Below are positions 60,627 through 64,000 of a DNA stretch of 64,000 nt, piece after piece (the stretch's first letter is position 1; the number at the start of each line of letters is the position of its first letter). The notes under the pieces are model-generated. The model was not told the DNA's origin. It saw only the letters and a list, made by a program, of their open reading frames with translations, and did no database searches. This stretch comes from Actinomycetales bacterium (GTDB lineage Bacteria > Actinomycetota > Actinomycetes > Actinomycetales > Quadrisphaeraceae), in the NCBI GenBank assembly GCA_022701985.1, contig JAKONK010000053.1, positions 1,320 to 65,319 on the forward strand, given 5' to 3'. The position numbers and the translations under genes were made by a program.

Positions 60627-61031
60627 GTGGCTCCCGACCGGGCGGCCGGACCGGGGCTGCGCGTCGACCTCGACCGCGGCCCCGGCGCCGCCGCGCCCTG
60701 GCAGCAGGTGCACGACCAGGTCGTCGCCGCCGTCGACGACGGCGTCCTGACCCCCGGCGACCGCCTGCCCACGGTCCGGGGGCTCGCCGAGCAGCTGGGG
60801 GTCTCCGCCGGGACGGTGGCGCGCGCCTACCGCGCGCTGGAGGCGTCCGACGTGGTGGCGACCGCCAGCCGCGCCGGCACCGTGGTGCGCGACCGCGCAG
60901 CACCCCGCGGTGACGCGGCGGCCCGCAGCGCCGCAGCGGCGCTCGCGCGGGAGGCGGTGGCCGCGGGGCTGGACGACGAGGCGGCCCTGTCGCTGCTGCG
61001 CGGCGCGCTGGCGGTGGCGCGGGGCCGCTGA
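60627..61031 (+). CDS. GntR-family regulator (YtrA-like)
   Basis: PGDRLPTVRGLA..TVARAYRAL; short C-terminus. Confidence 0.85.
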   Translation: MAPDRAAGPGLRVDLDRGPGAAAPWQQVHDQVVAAVDDGVLTPGDRLPTVRGLAEQLGVSAGTVARAYRALEASDVVATASRAGTVVRDRAAPRGDAAARSAAAALAREAVAAGLDDEAALSLLRGALAVARGR

Positions 61032-61128
61032 CCCGGCGTGGGCCCGGTCCCGCGCCGACGAGCCCCGGCAGGTCGCCCCGCCGGGCCCCGGGAGCTGGTG
61101 AGCGGCCCCCGGAGCCCGGCGCCGGCCG

Positions 61129-62079
61129 TCAGGTCGTGGTGAGGCGCGCGTCCTGGTTGTTGGTGCCGGCGGGGAAGAACCCGCCGGAGCGCACGCCCTG
61201 CGCGGGGTTCAGGTAGGCGATGTTGTGCACCTGCTGGGGGGTGCGGCTGAAGGCGATCGCGTTGGCGTCGACCGGCGTCACGTTGATCCGGCCCTTCGCC
61301 TGCGAGACGCCCTGGTCGAGGTCGGTCTTCCCGTCGAGGGAGTCGCGCGCGTCGGAGATCTTGTTGGCGGCGTCGGCCAGGCCCTCGGTGTAGATGACGG
61401 TCCGCACGGCACCCGCGTGGTACGCCTCGACGGCCAGGATGCCGGCAGCGGCGTCCAGGTACGTCTTGCTGCTGATCAGGGGCGCTCCGCCCTTGTAGGC
61501 CGTGACGCCGACGTCCTCGAAGAGGTAGGCGCCGAGCAGGAAGCTCGTGTCGTCGGCGAACGCGTCGAACGACTGCCCGTCCTTGATGAGCCCGGCGGCC
61601 CTGGCGGCGGCGTTGAAGGCTCCGGTGAAGTCGATGGCCGGCCGCGCGACGGCGGCACCGCCGAGCGCACCGCGCAGGAACTTCACGTGGGCGATCTCGT
61701 CGTTGGCGATCTCCTCGGCGATCCCGCGGACGAGCTTGCTCTTGAACTCCACCTTGCGGCCGCCGTTGACGTCGCCGCGGGTGCAGGCGCCGGTGGTGAG
61801 GCCGTCGTCCAGGCCCCTGCCGTAGAAGGCGCGCGAGTAGAACTCGGCCTCCAGGTACTCCAGGTTCAGGGCGAAGTTCAGGATCGCGCCGTCGCTGATG
61901 GCGCCTCCGCCCCCGCCCCCGCCGTCCTTCGTGCCGGTCGCCGCCGCCGGGGAGGCGAGCGCCGTGGCGCCGACGACCCCGAGACCCGCGACACCGGCGG
62001 TGCGCAGGAACGCCCGCCGGTCGGCGCCGTTCTCGGCGCTGCGGCTGATCATGTCCGTGACGAGCTTGTTCCCGAACAC
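61129..62079 (-). CDS. Tat-exported ferritin-like protein (PCC13-62 desiccation-related family)
   Basis: Tat signal RRAFL..PAAA; [32 protein letters not shown]. Confidence 0.85.
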   Translation of the reverse strand: MFGNKLVTDMISRSAENGADRRAFLRTAGVAGLGVVGATALASPAAATGTKDGGGGGGGAISDGAILNFALNLEYLEAEFYSRAFYGRGLDDGLTTGACTRGDVNGGRKVEFKSKLVRGIAEEIANDEIAHVKFLRGALGGAAVARPAIDFTGAFNAAARAAGLIKDGQSFDAFADDTSFLLGAYLFEDVGVTAYKGGAPLISSKTYLDAAAGILAVEAYHAGAVRTVIYTEGLADAANKISDARDSLDGKTDLDQGVSQAKGRINVTPVDANAIAFSRTPQQVHNIAYLNPAQGVRSGGFFPAGTNNQDARLTTT

Positions 62080-62135
62080 GTGCTCTCCCTCATCGAGGCC
62101 CGGGGGTCGACGTCGGCCCCTGCTGGCGCCACCCG

Positions 62136-62161
62136 TTCGGCGCAGCCGCGGCGCCGGATGG
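62136..62161 (-). promoter_or_regulatory. SigK-type promoter of the ferritin-like gene
   Basis: Minus strand CCATCC-GGCGCCGCGGCTGCG-CCGAA (N15), 56 nt upstream of the start. Confidence 0.72.
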
Positions 62162-62409
62162 GTGCAGAACGGGACAGAAGGGGACGAGGCGCCTCAGGCC
62201 GCCCCGCTGAGCACGGTCCCGACCCGTCCCCACCCGGAGGGGGGACACCGCGGGGGCGGCGGGGCACCCCGGTGTTGCCCGTCCCGGACGTCGGCGGAAT
62301 GCTCGGAGGGGACGGCGCACCCCGCGGCTCGCAGCCGGGCGGGTGCGGCGCACCTGACGGGCCGCCGGCACCCCTCGCGCCGGGCGGCGAGAGCGACGAG
62401 GAGGAGCCC

Positions 62410-63036
62410 ATGGCGGACTACGTCCTGCCCGACCTGCCCTACGACTACAGCGCCCTCGAGCCGCACATCAGCGGCGCGATCATGCAGCTGCACCACGACA
62501 AGCACCACGCGACCTACGTGGCCGGCGCCAACACCGCGCTGGAGCAGATGGCGGAGGCGCGGGAGAAGAACAGCTTCGGCTCCATCACCGGGCTGGAGAA
62601 GAACCTCGCCTTCAACCTCGGCGGGCACATCAACCACTCGATCTTCTGGCCGAACCTGTCCCCGGACGGCGGCGACAAGCCCGTCGGCGACCTGGCCGCG
62701 GCGATCGACGAGTTCTTCGGCTCCTTCGACGGCTTCCGCGCGCACTTCACCGCCAACGCCCTCGGCATCCAGGGCTCCGGCTGGTCGATCCTCGCGTGGG
62801 ACTCCGTGGGCCAGCGCCTGGTCATCGTGCAGCTCTACGACCAGCAGGGCAACGTCCCGGTGACCCTCGTGCCGGTCCTCATGCTGGACATGTGGGAGCA
62901 CGCGTTCTACCTGGACTACAAGAACGTCAAGCCCGACTACGTCAAGGCCTGGTGGAACATCGTCAACTGGGCCGACGTCGCCGCGCGCTTCGAGGTGGCC
63001 CGCACCAAGACCTCCGGTCTGGTCGTCCCCGCCTGA
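62410..63036 (+). CDS. sodA: Fe/Mn superoxide dismutase (Mn/cambialistic signature)
   Basis: [31 protein letters not shown]; GAGGAG SD. Confidence 0.97.
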   Translation: MADYVLPDLPYDYSALEPHISGAIMQLHHDKHHATYVAGANTALEQMAEAREKNSFGSITGLEKNLAFNLGGHINHSIFWPNLSPDGGDKPVGDLAAAIDEFFGSFDGFRAHFTANALGIQGSGWSILAWDSVGQRLVIVQLYDQQGNVPVTLVPVLMLDMWEHAFYLDYKNVKPDYVKAWWNIVNWADVAARFEVARTKTSGLVVPA

Positions 63037-63054
63037 CGCCATCCCGTCCGCGGT

Positions 63055-63094
63055 CGTGGGCGCCGGCCACCCTCACGGGTGGCGGGCGCCCACG
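63055..63094. terminator. Bidirectional hairpin between sodA and ispF
   Basis: CGTGGGCGCC / GGCGCCCACG plus an inner CCACCC/GGGTGG stem. Confidence 0.6.
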
Positions 63095-63095
63095 G

Positions 63096-63593
63096 TCACA
63101 TCCGGGGAGCGGCGACGACGAGGGCCGTCGCGATCGCCGCGACGCCCTCACCGCGGCCGGTCAGGCCCAGGGCGTCGGTGGTGGTGCCGGAGACCGACAC
63201 GGGGGCGCCGCACGCCTGCGACAGGGCCGCCTCGGCCTCCGCGCGCCGGGTGCCGACCTTCGGGCGGTTGCCGACCACCTGGACGGCGACGTTGCCGACC
63301 TCGTAGCCCGCCTCGCGCACGCGCCGCGCCGCCTCCGCGAGCAGGACGACGCCGGCGGCACCGGCCCACTGCGGCTCCGCGGTGCCGAAGTGCGCCCCGA
63401 GGTCGCCGATGCCGGCGGCCGAGAACAGCGCGTCGCAGGCGGCGTGCGCGGCCACGTCGGCGTCGGAGTGGCCCGCCAGACCCCGCTCCCCGGGCCACAG
63501 CAGCCCGGCCACGCGGAGGGGCCGGTCGGAGCCCTCGGGCGCGACGGCGTGGACGTCGACGCCCACGCCCACGCGGGGCAGCGGCGCGCTCAC
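63096..63593 (-). CDS. ispF: 2-C-methyl-D-erythritol 2,4-cyclodiphosphate synthase
   Basis: [26 protein letters not shown]. Confidence 0.96.
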   Translation of the reverse strand: MSAPLPRVGVGVDVHAVAPEGSDRPLRVAGLLWPGERGLAGHSDADVAAHAACDALFSAAGIGDLGAHFGTAEPQWAGAAGVVLLAEAARRVREAGYEVGNVAVQVVGNRPKVGTRRAEAEAALSQACGAPVSVSGTTTDALGLTGRGEGVAAIATALVVAAPRM

Positions 63594-64000
63594 AGCGGGT
63601 CTCCGGCGCGCTCGCGCTCGAGCAGGGCCGACGCGACCAGCAGGTCGACGGGACGGGTCACCTTCAGGGCCTCCTCGTGGCCGGGGACGACGTGGACGCG
63701 GGCACCGAAGAGCTCGACCAGGGACGCGTCGTCGGTCACCGCGAGGGCGGCGGCGGGGGCGTCGTGACCGGCGGCGGCTGCATGGGCCCGCTCGATCAGG
63801 TCGCGGCGGAACCCCTGCGGCGTCTGGACCAGCCGGAGGACGGTCCTGTCGAGCTGGACGCTCCCGCCGGTCGTGCCGGAGCCGGGCGGGTCCGTGGCGC
63901 GCACGGTGTCGGTCACGGGGAGGCCCGGGACGACGGCCTCGTGGCCCGCCGCGACCGCGGCAGCCACGTCGGAGACCTGCACGGGCGGAGTCAGGCAGCG
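63590..64000 (-). CDS. ispD: MEP cytidylyltransferase, 3' part (runs off the window)
   Basis: [27 protein letters not shown]; overlaps the ispF start. Confidence 0.92.
   Translation of the reverse strand, partial: RCLTPPVQVSDVAAAVAAGHEAVVPGLPVTDTVRATDPPGSGTTGGSVQLDRTVLRLVQTPQGFRRDLIERAHAAAAGHDAPAAALAVTDDASLVELFGARVHVVPGHEEALKVTRPVDLLVASALLERERAGDPL

Overview
A 64-kb piece of conserved chromosomal backbone from a very GC-rich actinobacterium (it looks like Kineosporiales/Micrococcales, but that is not certain). It holds about 58 protein-coding genes and 2 tRNAs, and I see no CRISPR array, prophage, transposase or integrase. Order along the window: sensor kinase; allantoin-type GntR-NCS1-racemase module; tRNA-Thr; TAP-like lipoprotein protease; holB; MFS-tmk fusion; rskA-sigK; topA; PAP2 and methyltransferase; hppA; anti-sigma and bldG; DUF1998 helicase; Tad/Flp pilus locus; yjcH-actP; acs; marP-nudix-nth; crp; ridA; an ArsA pair; whiB4; ponA; nupC; yqeY; phosphoesterase; tRNA-Pro; APC permease; asd-ask; DUF4032; a GGDEF and GGDEF-EAL pair; rlmB-cysS; mscR operon; Tat-exported ferritin-like protein; sodA; ispF-ispD. 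The most interesting signals are non-coding. (1) An identical bipartite element, CCTGTGGAC-N19-CCTGTGGGCGCAGCGGCG, sits exactly 37 bp from a -10-like hexamer at both Tad promoters (ssd and flp pilin), which suggests an unidentified Tad/competence regulator. (2) An exact SigK-type promoter, CCATCC-N15-CCGAA, lies in front of sigK and again 50 kb away in front of the desiccation-type ferritin-like gene, which suggests a non-mycobacterial SigK regulon. Also notable: about 16 apparently leaderless genes, an internal start for the aspartokinase beta subunit, paralogous membrane sensors on the DGC/PDE pair, and GATC-core REP-like palindromes. Many ORF-track starts were corrected, and the long antisense ORFs were rejected as GC shadows.
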